NCBI RefSeq assembly: GCF_001457615.1
Contig: NZ_LN831024.1
Coordinates: 4,230,001-4,262,000 of the forward strand
Source: Pseudomonas aeruginosa
GTDB taxonomy: Bacteria > Pseudomonadota > Gammaproteobacteria > Pseudomonadales > Pseudomonadaceae
DNA length: 32,000 nucleotides
Direction of reading: 5' to 3'
This document shows, in pieces, positions 17,154 through 26,163 of the stretch. A program made the translations under genes and the position numbers. Under the pieces are notes generated by a model. The model was given only the letters and a program-made list of their open reading frames with translations, did no database searches and was not told the origin of the DNA. Numbering within the stretch: the first letter of the stretch is position 1; each line of letters begins with the position of its first letter.

Positions 17154-19638
17154 ATTCGCCAAGGCCAACGCCGCCGCCATCGCCGCGGCGGCGGCCGGCC
17201 TGCCGATCCTGGTCCGCGCCAGCAACCTGGTGACCGAGGCGGACGTCACCAGCCTGGTCTGGAACAAGGCCCCCTGCCGCTTCTGCGGCACCGGTTGCAG
17301 CGTGATGGTCGCCACCCGCGACGGCCAGGTGGTGGCCACCCATGGCGACATCAAGGCCGAGGTCAACCGCGGGATCAACTGCGTGAAGGGCTACTTCCTG
17401 TCGAAGATCATGTACGGCAGCGACCGCCTGACCCGCCCGCTGCTGCGCATGAAGGACGGCAAGTTCGACAAGCAGGGCGAGTTCCAGCCGATCAGTTGGG
17501 AACAGGCCTTCGACATCATGGCCGAGAAGTTCAAGGCCGCGCTCAAGGCCAAGGGACCGGAGTCGGTCGGCATGTTCGGCTCCGGCCAGTGGACGGTCTG
17601 GGAAGGCTATGCGGCGAACAAGCTGTTCAAGGCCGGCCTGCGCAGCAACAACATCGACCCCAACGCCCGCCACTGCATGGCCTCGGCGGTGATGGGCTTC
17701 ATGCGCAGCTTCGGCATGGACGAGCCGATGGGCTGCTACGACGACATCGAGGCCACCGACAGCTTCGTCCTCTGGGGCTCGAACATGGCCGAGATGCACC
17801 CGGTGCTCTGGTCGCGGGTCACCGACCGCCGGCTCAGCGCGCCGCAGGTCAAGGTCGCGGTGCTGTCCACCTTCGAGCACCGCAGCTTCGAGCTGGCCGA
17901 CTTGCCCATGGTGTTCAAGCCGCAGACCGACCTGATCATCCTCAACTATATCGCCAACCACATCATCGAGAGCGGCGCGGTGAACCGCGACTTCGTCGAG
18001 CGCCACGTGCGCTTCGCCCATGGCGCCGAGGACATCGGCTACGGCCTGCGCCCGGACGACCCGCTGGAGAAGAAGGCGAAGAACGCCGACAAGGCCAACA
18101 CCTGGAGCGATATCGACTTCAAGGCCTTCGCCGAGTTCGTCAAGCCCTATACCCTGGAGCGCACCGCGCGCGAAAGCGGCGTGCCGGCCGAGCGGCTGAA
18201 GGCCCTCGCCGAACTCTACGCCGACCCCAAGCGCAAGGTGGTGTCGTTCTGGACCATGGGCTTCAACCAGCACACCCGCGGGGTCTGGGCGAACAACCTG
18301 ATCTACAACATCCACCTGCTCACCGGGAAGATCAGCGAACCGGGCAACAGCCCCTTCTCGCTCACCGGCCAGCCCTCGGCCTGCGGCACCGCGCGCGAGG
18401 TCGGCACCTTCTCCCACCGGCTCCCCGCCGACCTGGTGGTGACCAACCCGAAGCACCGGGAAACCGCGGAGAAGATCTGGAAGGTGCCGGCCGGCACCAT
18501 CCAGGAGAAGGTCGGCTTCCACGCCGTGCAGCAGAGCCGGATGCTCAAGGACGGCGTGCTCAACGTCTACTGGACCCAGGTCAGCAACAACATGCAGGCC
18601 GGTCCCAACGTGATGCAGGAAGTGCTGCCCGGCTGGCGCAACCCGGACAACTTCGTGATCGTCTCCGACGTCTACCCCACCGTCTCGGCCCAGGCCGCCG
18701 ACCTGATCCTGCCCAGCGCCATGTGGGTGGAGAAGGAAGGCGCCTTCGGCAATGCCGAGCGCCGCACGCAGTTCTGGCACCAGTTGGTGAAGGCACCGGG
18801 CGAGGCGAAGTCCGACCTCTGGCAGTTGGTGGAATTCTCCAAGCGCTTCACCACCGACGAGGTCTGGCCCGCGGAACTGCTGGCGAAGGCCCCCGAGCTG
18901 AAGGGCAAGACCCTCTATGACGTGCTGTTCCGCAACGGCCAGGTCGACCGCTTCCCGGCCAGCGACCTGGCCAAGGGCTACGCCAACGACGAGGTCGACG
19001 CATTCGGCTTCTATATCCAGAAGGGTCTGTTCGAGGAATACGCCGCCTTTGGTCGCGGCCACGGCCACGACCTCGCCCCCTTCGACGCCTACCACGAGGC
19101 GCGCGGCCTGCGCTGGCCGGTGGTGGACGGCAAGGAGACCCGCTGGCGCTACCGCGAGGGCTACGACCCCTACGTGAGCAAGGGCAGTGGCGTGCAGTTC
19201 TATGGCTATCCGGACAAGAAGGCGATTGCCTTCGCCCTGCCCTACGAGCCGCCGGCCGAGGCGCCGGACCAGGACTACCCGTTCTGGCTCGCCACCGGCC
19301 GGGTGCTCGAACACTGGCACACCGGGAGCATGACCGCGCGGGTCCCGGAGCTGTACAAGGCGGTGCCCGACGCGCTGGTCTACATGCACCCGGAGGATGC
19401 GCGCCAGCTCAAGCTGCGCCGCGGCAGCGAGGTCAAGGTGGTGAGCCGGCGCGGCGAGATCCGCGCGCGGGTCGAGACCCGCGGGCGCAACAAGCCGCCC
19501 CAGGGGCTGGTGTTCGTGCCGTTCTTCGACGCCAACAAGCTGATCAACAAGGTCACCCTGGACGCCACCGACCCGATTTCCAAGCAGACCGACTACAAGA
19601 AGTGCGCCGTTCGCATCGAACTGCTCAACCTGGCCTGA
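17134..19638 (+). CDS. napA: Periplasmic nitrate reductase catalytic subunit NapA (Mo-bisMGD, 4Fe-4S)
   Basis: 834 aa. Twin-arginine signal [23 protein letters not shown], the [10 protein letters not shown] 4Fe-4S motif, and molybdopterin oxidoreductase similarity throughout. Confidence 0.95.
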   Translation: MNLTRREFAKANAAAIAAAAAGLPILVRASNLVTEADVTSLVWNKAPCRFCGTGCSVMVATRDGQVVATHGDIKAEVNRGINCVKGYFLSKIMYGSDRLTRPLLRMKDGKFDKQGEFQPISWEQAFDIMAEKFKAALKAKGPESVGMFGSGQWTVWEGYAANKLFKAGLRSNNIDPNARHCMASAVMGFMRSFGMDEPMGCYDDIEATDSFVLWGSNMAEMHPVLWSRVTDRRLSAPQVKVAVLSTFEHRSFELADLPMVFKPQTDLIILNYIANHIIESGAVNRDFVERHVRFAHGAEDIGYGLRPDDPLEKKAKNADKANTWSDIDFKAFAEFVKPYTLERTARESGVPAERLKALAELYADPKRKVVSFWTMGFNQHTRGVWANNLIYNIHLLTGKISEPGNSPFSLTGQPSACGTAREVGTFSHRLPADLVVTNPKHRETAEKIWKVPAGTIQEKVGFHAVQQSRMLKDGVLNVYWTQVSNNMQAGPNVMQEVLPGWRNPDNFVIVSDVYPTVSAQAADLILPSAMWVEKEGAFGNAERRTQFWHQLVKAPGEAKSDLWQLVEFSKRFTTDEVWPAELLAKAPELKGKTLYDVLFRNGQVDRFPASDLAKGYANDEVDAFGFYIQKGLFEEYAAFGRGHGHDLAPFDAYHEARGLRWPVVDGKETRWRYREGYDPYVSKGSGVQFYGYPDKKAIAFALPYEPPAEAPDQDYPFWLATGRVLEHWHTGSMTARVPELYKAVPDALVYMHPEDARQLKLRRGSEVKVVSRRGEIRARVETRGRNKPPQGLVFVPFFDANKLINKVTLDATDPISKQTDYKKCAVRIELLNLA

Positions 19639-19648
19639 GGAGCGCGCC

Positions 19649-20139
19649 ATGAAACCTCTGCTGACTGCCCTGCTCCTCGTCCTGCTCGGCGCCCCCGCGG
19701 CCTTCGCCGCCGACCTCGGCTACCCGCTGGACGCGCCCGCCCCGACGGCCGCCGCCCCGGCGGCACGCTGGCCGAAAGCCGCCCCGCGCCGCCGCTGGCG
19801 GCCGAGGAAAACAAGGACCTGAAACGCGAGCGCAACTACCCCGAGCAGCCGCCGACCATTCCCCACAGCATCGTCGGCTATCGCATCGACAAGGACAGCA
19901 ACAAGTGCCTGTCCTGCCACAGCCGCGCCAACAGCGCGCGAACCCAGGCGGTGATGATCAGCATCACCCACTACATGGACCGCGACGGCCAGCCGCTGGC
20001 CGCCGTCTCGCCGCGCCGCTACTTCTGCGTGCAGTGCCATGTGCCGCAACAGGACGTAAAGCCGCTGGTCGACAACCGCTTCGAGAACATCGACCAGATC
20101 CTCGAGAAAGAAGCCGCCAATGCGGCGCGCAAACCCTGA
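19649..20139 (+). pseudogene. napB: napB (diheme cytochrome c subunit) with an interrupted reading frame in this sequence
   Basis: GAGGAG plus ATG 19649 opens a signal peptide (MKPLLTALLLVLLGAPAAFA) that terminates at TGA 19820-19822. The conserved body (EENKDLKRERNYPEQPPTIPHS...CLSCH...CVQCH...) is in another frame, which runs to TGA 20137-20139. Confidence 0.75.
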
Positions 20140-20149
20140 GGGAGGCCGC

Positions 20150-20746
20150 ATGAAAGCACTCATCGCCTGGCTGGCCGGTTACTGGCGGGTCCTGCGTCGT
20201 CCCAGCGTGCATTTCAGCCTGGGCTTCCTCACCCTCGGCGGCTTCATCGCCGGGATCGTCTTCTGGGGCGGCTTCAACACCGCCCTGGAGGCGACCAACA
20301 CCGAGACCTTCTGCATTTCCTGCCACGAGATGCGCGACAACGTGTTCGTCGAACTCAAGGACACCATCCACTACAGCAACCGTTCCGGAGTCCGCGCCAC
20401 CTGTCCCGACTGCCACGTGCCACACAAGTGGACCGACAAGATCGCGCGCAAGATGCAGGCCTCCAAGGAGGTCTGGGGCAAGATCTTCGGCACCATCAAC
20501 ACCCGCGAGAAATTCCTCGATCACCGCCGCGAGCTGGCCGAGCACGAATGGGCACGACTCAAGGCCAACGATTCGCTGGAATGCCGCAACTGCCACAACT
20601 TCGAGTTCATGGACTTCACCCGGCAGAGCGTGCGCGCGCGGCAGATGCACTCCACCGCCCTGGCCAGCGGCGAAGCCACCTGCATCGACTGCCACAAGGG
20701 GATCGCCCACCACCTGCCGGACATGACCGGGGTGAAGGGCTGGTAG
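20150..20746 (+). CDS. napC: NapC membrane-anchored tetraheme cytochrome c (NapC/NirT family)
   Basis: Start at ATG 20150 after GGGAGG, 198 aa. N-terminal TM helix and four CxxCH motifs (CISCH, CPDCH, CRNCH, CIDCH). Confidence 0.9.
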   Translation: MKALIAWLAGYWRVLRRPSVHFSLGFLTLGGFIAGIVFWGGFNTALEATNTETFCISCHEMRDNVFVELKDTIHYSNRSGVRATCPDCHVPHKWTDKIARKMQASKEVWGKIFGTINTREKFLDHRRELAEHEWARLKANDSLECRNCHNFEFMDFTRQSVRARQMHSTALASGEATCIDCHKGIAHHLPDMTGVKGW

Positions 20747-20770
20747 CGCCGCCCGCGGACCGGGCGGCGC
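20746..20770. terminator. GC-rich hairpin between convergent napC and the transglycosylase gene
   Basis: GCGCCGCCCG-cggac-CGGGCGGCGC forms a perfect 10-bp stem. There is no T tract on either side. Confidence 0.5.
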
Positions 20771-20777
20771 GGCGCAA

Positions 20778-21974
20778 TCAGGGCTGGGCGCCCTTCAGCG
20801 CCTCGAGGATCTTGCGCCCGGCGCGACCGTCGGCCGGGGTCAGGCCGAGGCGCTTCTGCTCGGCCTGGATCGCCTTGCGCGTGCTGGTGCCGATCAGCCC
20901 GTCGGCCTCGCCGATGTCGTAGCCGCGCGCCAGCAACGCCTTCTGCAATTGCTTGCGCTCGAGCCGGCTGATGCCCGGGTCGTCGGTCGGCCAGGACGCC
21001 ACCAGGCCGCTGCCGCCGCGCAGGCGGTCGGAAAGCAGGGCGATGGCCAGCGCGTAGCTTTCCGCGGCGTTGTAGGAATAGATCGCATCGTAGTTGCGAT
21101 AGACCAGGAAGGCCGGGCCCTGGGCCCCGGCCGGCAGGAGGATCGCGGCCTTCTCGTCGCCGCCCGGCAGCGGCTGGCCGTCGACCCGCCTCACCCCACG
21201 GGCGACCCAGGCCGACAGCGGCTGGCGCTTGCCGCGCCCGGCCAGGCTGGCGGGGAAGTCGGCCGGCACCTTCACTTCATAGCCCCACGGCTGTCCCGTG
21301 CGCCAGCCAGCCTTCTTCAGGTAGTTGGCGGTGGAACCGAGGGCATCCGGCACGCTGCCTACCAGGTCGCGGCGACCGTCGCCGTCGAAGTCCACGGCGA
21401 TCCGCGCGTAGGTCGATGGCATGAACTGGGTATGGCCGAAGGCCCCGGCCCAGGAGCCGGTGATGCCGGCGTCGCGGATGTCGCCGGCCTGCAACAGCTT
21501 CAGGGTGGCGAGGAACTCGCCCTGGAAGAACGACTGGCGGCGCCCGTAGCAGGACAGGGTCGACAGCGAGGTCAGCAGCGGACGCTTGCCGAAGATCCGC
21601 CCGTAGTCGCTTTCCACGCCCCACACCGCCACCACCGTGTACTTGTCCACGCCGTAGCGCGCGGCCACCTGGTCGAGCAGCTTGTCGTGCTGGGCGAGCA
21701 TCGCCTTGCCATCGCTGACCCGCTGCTCGTCCACCAGACCGGCCAGGTAGTCCCACAGCGGGGTGGTGAACTCCGGCTGCGCGTCGAGCAGGTCGAGCAC
21801 GCTGAGGTCGGCCTGCAGGCCGCTGGTGAAGCGCTCATAACTGTCGGCGGAAATGCCCTGCGCCTGGGCCTTCTTCTGCAGGCCGGCGAGGCAGGAAGGG
21901 AAGGTCGAGGCGTCGGGTTGCGCCAGGGCCAGGGCGGGTAGCAGGGCCAGCGAGGAGAGAAGAAGACTGCGCAT
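20778..21974 (-). CDS. sltB2: Lytic murein transglycosylase (MltB/SltB family) with C-terminal peptidoglycan-binding domain
   Basis: 398 aa with a signal peptide (MRSLLLSSLALLPALALA). Family 3 LT motifs are present (WGVESDYG...GAFGHTQFMPSTY), and the C-terminal PG-binding repeat reads LQKALLARGYDIGEADGLIGTSTRKAIQAEQ. The gene symbol is from memory of PAO1 nomenclature. Confidence 0.82.
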   Translation of the reverse strand: MRSLLLSSLALLPALALAQPDASTFPSCLAGLQKKAQAQGISADSYERFTSGLQADLSVLDLLDAQPEFTTPLWDYLAGLVDEQRVSDGKAMLAQHDKLLDQVAARYGVDKYTVVAVWGVESDYGRIFGKRPLLTSLSTLSCYGRRQSFFQGEFLATLKLLQAGDIRDAGITGSWAGAFGHTQFMPSTYARIAVDFDGDGRRDLVGSVPDALGSTANYLKKAGWRTGQPWGYEVKVPADFPASLAGRGKRQPLSAWVARGVRRVDGQPLPGGDEKAAILLPAGAQGPAFLVYRNYDAIYSYNAAESYALAIALLSDRLRGGSGLVASWPTDDPGISRLERKQLQKALLARGYDIGEADGLIGTSTRKAIQAEQKRLGLTPADGRAGRKILEALKGAQP

Positions 21975-22430
21975 GGGGTTTCCTTGTACGGTGAACGGTC
22001 ATCCATGGCACCGGCGGGCTTCCCCCGGCGCCGAAGGCCTGGTGGCCTGTACGGTTGACTCGGTGATCGGCGTTCGACTGGTCGAGTCAGCCACACGGGC
22101 CACTAGCCTACCGTCCCGCCGGGTGCGGCGCCATCTCCGCCCTGAAAGGCGGGTGAAACCTTGCTCGGGCAGACTGGCGGCGGAATACGCATGCCGGGTG
22201 TCTCGCGGCCGATCCGCCGCGTCACATCCGTGCCCGAACGCGCTGCGCCACCCGCGCGTCCGTTTTCCGGGCACTGGCCGGGCGTTCGCCGGTCCAAGCA
22301 GTGTTCCCCGCCTCCGTCCACAAGCCGGAGCCGGCCCCGACGGTCCCAGACCACCGCAGGAAAGCCGGGCGGCCGCCACCCGCCACCGCCCCGGGCTTTC
22401 CACCCTCACTACACGTTTCGGAGTACAACC

Positions 22431-23165
22431 TTGATCCACTGGTTGAGCGACCCGACGTTCTGGACAGCCCTGCTGCAGATCGTCGCCATCGATATCCTCC
22501 TGGGCGGCGACAACGCCGTAGTCATCGCCCTCGCCTGCCGGCACCTGCCGGCGCACCGGCGCAAGCAGGCGATCTTCGGCGGCGTCGCCGGTGCCATCCT
22601 GATCCGCATCCTGCTGCTGTTCTTCGCCCTGCACCTGCTCGACCTGCCCTACCTCAAGGTAATCGGCGCGCTCCTGCTGCTGTGGATCGGCATCAAGCTG
22701 CTGCTGCCGGAGGAGGAGAACGGCGACGACATCAAGGGCAGCACCCACCTGCTCGGCGCGATCAAGACCATCATCATCGCCGACGCGGTGATGAGCCTGG
22801 ACAACGTCATCGCCCTGTCCGCCGCCTCGGCCGGAGATTTCTTCCTGGTCTCCCTGGGCGTGCTGATCAGCATCCCGATCATCGTCTGGGGCAGCCAGCT
22901 GATCCTGCGCCTGATCGACCGCTTCCCGCTGATCATCCTCTTCGGCGGCGGCCTGCTCGGCTGGATCGCCGGCGGCATGCTGCTCACCGACAGCGCCCTG
23001 AAGCCCTGGCTGGCGCCCTACGCGCAATGGGATTCCTACCTGCACTACGGTGCGGCGGCCTTCGGCGCGCTGTTCGTGATCCTCCTCGGCAGCCTCCTGG
23101 CGCGCCGCCAGTTGAAGCAGCGGCATGCCGCGCCGGCGGACGCCGCCGAAAGCGAAGGCCGCTAA
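22431..23165 (+). CDS. TerC-family integral membrane protein
   Basis: The start was placed at TTG 22431 (GGAG 7 nt upstream), so the protein begins (M)IHWLSDPTFWTALLQIVAIDILLGGDNAVVIAL as in TerC/YjbE-type proteins, giving 244 aa. A second DN motif is present (AVMSLDNVIALS). The upstream 90 codons of the track ORF look non-coding. Confidence 0.78.
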   Translation: MIHWLSDPTFWTALLQIVAIDILLGGDNAVVIALACRHLPAHRRKQAIFGGVAGAILIRILLLFFALHLLDLPYLKVIGALLLLWIGIKLLLPEEENGDDIKGSTHLLGAIKTIIIADAVMSLDNVIALSAASAGDFFLVSLGVLISIPIIVWGSQLILRLIDRFPLIILFGGGLLGWIAGGMLLTDSALKPWLAPYAQWDSYLHYGAAAFGALFVILLGSLLARRQLKQRHAAPADAAESEGR

Positions 23166-23170
23166 GAGCA

Positions 23171-23204
23171 ACGGGGCGCCCAGGGGCGCCCCGTCCTCTT
23201 TCTC
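23171..23204. terminator. Bidirectional terminator between convergent TerC-family gene and loxA
   Basis: ACGGGGCGCC-cagg-GGCGCCCCGT forms a perfect 10-bp stem, followed by CCTCTTTCTCC. Confidence 0.72.
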
Positions 23205-23208
23205 CGGC

Positions 23209-25266
23209 TCAGATATTGGTGCTCGCCGGGATCCGGCTCGGCAACAGGTACTCGTAGGGCCTGCGGCGCGCCTGGTTGCGCGTGCGAATGGTCGCCTCGA
23301 CCTCCTTCAGGCGTGCCTGGAAGCGCTCCAGCGGGCCGCCGCTGGCGGTCACCCGCCTGTCCGAAAACACCGGCGCGTAGGGGAACCCGGTCTGCCGGTA
23401 GTCGCCCAGGCGACCGTGGTAGACCGAACCGAGCAGGTGATAGATGTTCACCTTCTCCAGCGCCACCAGGGTCGGCGGCATCATCTTCAACCAATCGGCC
23501 TCGCTCTTGCCGCCTGGCGAGTCCGGTGCCGGCGCCGCGCTCATGGCACAGATGGCTGGTGCGTAGGTCATCATCGAAGGCTGGGGAAAATTGACCGCCG
23601 CATGCTGCGCGGAGGCAGTGAAGATCACCATGGTCAGCACCTCGACCAGTTGGCTGCGACCGGTGATCGGGCGGAACCCGGCCACCTTGCCGCTGCCGAT
23701 CACCTCGCCGACCCAGGCCGCCAGTTCGACGTCAGCGGTGACGTCGCCGTCGCTGGCGTAGTACACCGCCACGTAGTCGGCCGCCCACTGGCGGATGGCA
23801 TTCCATACCAGCAGGCCGTCGTCGCGGTAGGGGTAGTCCGGTAACGCGGCCGGGTCGTCGACGTTCCGCGCCTTCAGGCTCTCCGGCAACATGCCGCGGT
23901 AGAAGTCGAAACCCAGCCGGTTGCCGCCGGCGGTGGCCTGGGTGTCCTGGATCGGCGCGGCGAACATCACGTCGATGAAGCCCGCGCTGGGCAACAGGAT
24001 CCGCGCCGCCCCCTCGTTGATGAACAGGGTGCCCTCGAAGTGCGGGGCGAGCAGGACGTGCAGCGGATGGCTGGGCGCCAGGGTGCGCTGGGTGGCCAGG
24101 CAGAACGCCTCGCTCACCAGGTGGGTCTGGGCCAGGTGGACGAACATCTCGTGGTAGTTCTCCTCGGCGACCTGGACCACCGTCTTGGCCATCTGCCAAC
24201 CCCAGTACAGATCACTCTCCGACTCCGCGGGACGCACGAACATCGGATGGGTAGCGGGGTCCTGGCCGCACTGGATGGCCACCGGCAACAGCCTCGCCCG
24301 ATCCTTGCCAAGGGCGAACAGGGCGATCGGCGCATAGGCGAAGCCCTTCCCGGTGAGCAGTTTGTCCACCGCTCCCGACGGCGCCAGCTTGCCCAGCTCG
24401 GCGTAGTCCAGCAGGTACAGGCGGCGGCTGGCGGCGGCCTCCAGCAAGCTGTCGTCGGCGCCCATCACCCGGCGGAACTGCTCTTCGCCCAGCGGAAAGT
24501 TGGCCGGCAGCGCATCGACGCGGCGGATCAGCAGCGGATTAGGCCCGGCCACCCGCCAGTAGGCGAACGCTTCGTCGTCACGGAAGCTGTCGGCGACCTC
24601 CGGCAGGCGCAGGGTGCCGAACACCGCGCGGAAGCGATTCAGGCCGTCGCCCTGTCCACCCTGGGTAACCAGGTTGCTGGCGCTCTTGAGGATGTCGTCG
24701 ACCAGCAGGCCGACCCGCGTCAGCAAGGCGATCACCCGCGTCTGCAATTCCGTGAAGCGCAGCAGCAGGCTGCCGGCCGCGGCCGGATCGTTCTTCGCCT
24801 CCTCCAGCAACGCCTCGTGGACCTGGCGCGCCGCTTCCAGATCGCCGCTGAGCCCGGCGGCGATCCGCTCGAACTGCGCGGCGGCCGACGCCGGCAACGA
24901 GGCGACGAAATTGACGATCAGCTCGACGATCACCCCGGCGGTCTTCAACAGCCAGTCGACATTCGGCAACTCGCCCAGCGGCACCGAGCGGGCCATCGGC
25001 ACGCCTTTGACATTGGCGAAGTTCTCGGTCCAGACATATACCAGTTTCTTGCTGGTCAATACCGCACGCCGCGCCAACTTTCCGGCCAGGTTGTCATATT
25101 GCGGCAAACTCGGCGGAATCAGGTTGTCCAGCAAACTTCGCGAGGCATCGATAGATCGCTGTTGTTCCGCCCCGAGGTATTTCAAGGGCGAAAAGAATAT
25201 CGAGTCATTGGCCAGTGCGGTTCCACTCAGGGCGACACCCGACAAGAGCACACTCCTGCGTTTCAT
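23209..25266 (-). CDS. loxA: Secreted arachidonate 15-lipoxygenase LoxA
   Basis: 685 aa with a signal peptide ([19 protein letters not shown]). The lipoxygenase iron-ligand region reads [17 protein letters not shown]...HAAVNF, and the C-terminal ...IPASTNI ends in the Ile iron ligand. GGAG SD is present. Confidence 0.93.
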   Translation of the reverse strand: MKRRSVLLSGVALSGTALANDSIFFSPLKYLGAEQQRSIDASRSLLDNLIPPSLPQYDNLAGKLARRAVLTSKKLVYVWTENFANVKGVPMARSVPLGELPNVDWLLKTAGVIVELIVNFVASLPASAAAQFERIAAGLSGDLEAARQVHEALLEEAKNDPAAAGSLLLRFTELQTRVIALLTRVGLLVDDILKSASNLVTQGGQGDGLNRFRAVFGTLRLPEVADSFRDDEAFAYWRVAGPNPLLIRRVDALPANFPLGEEQFRRVMGADDSLLEAAASRRLYLLDYAELGKLAPSGAVDKLLTGKGFAYAPIALFALGKDRARLLPVAIQCGQDPATHPMFVRPAESESDLYWGWQMAKTVVQVAEENYHEMFVHLAQTHLVSEAFCLATQRTLAPSHPLHVLLAPHFEGTLFINEGAARILLPSAGFIDVMFAAPIQDTQATAGGNRLGFDFYRGMLPESLKARNVDDPAALPDYPYRDDGLLVWNAIRQWAADYVAVYYASDGDVTADVELAAWVGEVIGSGKVAGFRPITGRSQLVEVLTMVIFTASAQHAAVNFPQPSMMTYAPAICAMSAAPAPDSPGGKSEADWLKMMPPTLVALEKVNIYHLLGSVYHGRLGDYRQTGFPYAPVFSDRRVTASGGPLERFQARLKEVEATIRTRNQARRRPYEYLLPSRIPASTNI

Positions 25267-25298
25267 ATCATCGACTCCATCAATGCATTAACCAGGAA

Positions 25299-25324
25299 CG
25301 ACTCGATGCCTGAGCATCGAATCG
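25299..25324 (-). other. Hairpin in the 77-nt spacer between the leader-peptide ORF and loxA
   Basis: CGAcTCGATGC-ctga-GCATCGAaTCG forms an 11-bp stem with one mismatch. It is not followed by a clean U tract, so it may be an attenuator or processing element. Confidence 0.35.
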
Positions 25325-25343
25325 CTCTTTCAACAGGTTGCGA

Positions 25344-25664
25344 TCAGCTGTAAAGCCCTTCGCCGCTTTCCTTGTTGTAATGCAACGGAACATTGTGGTT
25401 GTCGGTCCCGCCGAGAATCTTGCCGACGGTGATCGCCGCCACCGAAGGCACCTGGAAGGCCAGCAGGTCGACCAGCTCGTGGGTACGGTTGAGGCCGATG
25501 GCGCTGGCCGCGTTGCCGATGCTGGAGAACAGCGGCGAGTTCAGGAAGGAGTTGGCCGCGTAGACGCCATTGATGATGGCATCGCCCAGGAAAGTCCCGG
25601 CGCCAGAAACTTGTTCGATTTCACCCACACTTAGAACCGCCAGGGCATTCACCTGATTTTTCAT
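25344..25664 (-). CDS. 106-aa peptide with a double-glycine-type (bacteriocin/microcin) leader; function unknown
   Basis: GGAG lies 8 nt upstream of ATG 25664. The N-terminus MKNQVNALAVLSVGEIEQVSGA/G matches LSxxELxxIxG(G/A). The core is rich in Gly/Ala/Ser/Asn, hydrophobic and lacks Cys. Codon use in the leader is atypical for this genome. Confidence 0.65.
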   Translation of the reverse strand: MKNQVNALAVLSVGEIEQVSGAGTFLGDAIINGVYAANSFLNSPLFSSIGNAASAIGLNRTHELVDLLAFQVPSVAAITVGKILGGTDNHNVPLHYNKESGEGLYS

Positions 25665-26163
25665 GTCTGAATCTCCACGTATTCAAATGATCGAAACGAA
25701 TGGTTCTCGCTGAAAACAGCAAAGAAACCTGTACGTCCGAACTTCTTCGGAACGTGGAGAAAGCAATAGCGAGAGGAAAAACCGGCAATAAGCTGACGCT
25801 TCGCACAGTTGACAGGAAAAGCCTGGAACAATAGTTATCCACAATAATTATTGACGGCGAACTTTTGACTTGCAAAGAACTACGCTGGCCAGCGGCAAGA
25901 GTGAATTTCATCCAGCCAGGGCTATACCAATCGTGCAAAACCGAAAGGGCGCTGCGCAAAACGTCACATTTATTCGGGACGATACGCCAAGGCGGTTCCC
26001 TGTACTGAAGTACCAGAATCGCCAGATCGCGCGGCCTATTTCCCCTTGGAAAAATACGGATATTTTTTTCCGGGCCAGGTTTTCCTTCTTCCGCGCCTGC
26101 CAGATCTGGCAGTTGCGAAGCGCCACGACAACGCGAAGTCCGCGGCGCAGACGCCTCGACCGC

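Noticed and set aside
17029-19650. 873-aa minus-strand ORF
   Set aside because: It is exactly antisense to napA, which has unmistakable molybdopterin-oxidoreductase and Tat-signal features. The ORF has no motifs and is a GC-driven open frame.
22161-22430. 90-codon N-terminal extension of the TerC-family ORF (334 aa in the track)
   Set aside because: The extension is Arg/Pro/Ser-rich with no TM segment. TerC-family proteins normally begin right at the first helix (..DP..W.AL..I...D.LL..DN), and TTG 22431 has a well-spaced GGAG.
21975-22430. yybP-ykoY (Mn2+) riboswitch upstream of the TerC-family gene
   Set aside because: The conserved GGGGAGUAG core and the paired GAGAC/UUGACA elements were not found on the sense strand by eye. 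A covariance-model search is still needed to be sure.
25621-25959. 112-aa minus-strand ORF in the low-GC region as a possible immunity or accessory gene for the leader peptide
   Set aside because: It overlaps the start of the better-supported 106-aa gene in another frame, has no SD, and has no clear TM-helix pattern. It is probably non-coding, but worth re-examining if the bacteriocin idea holds.
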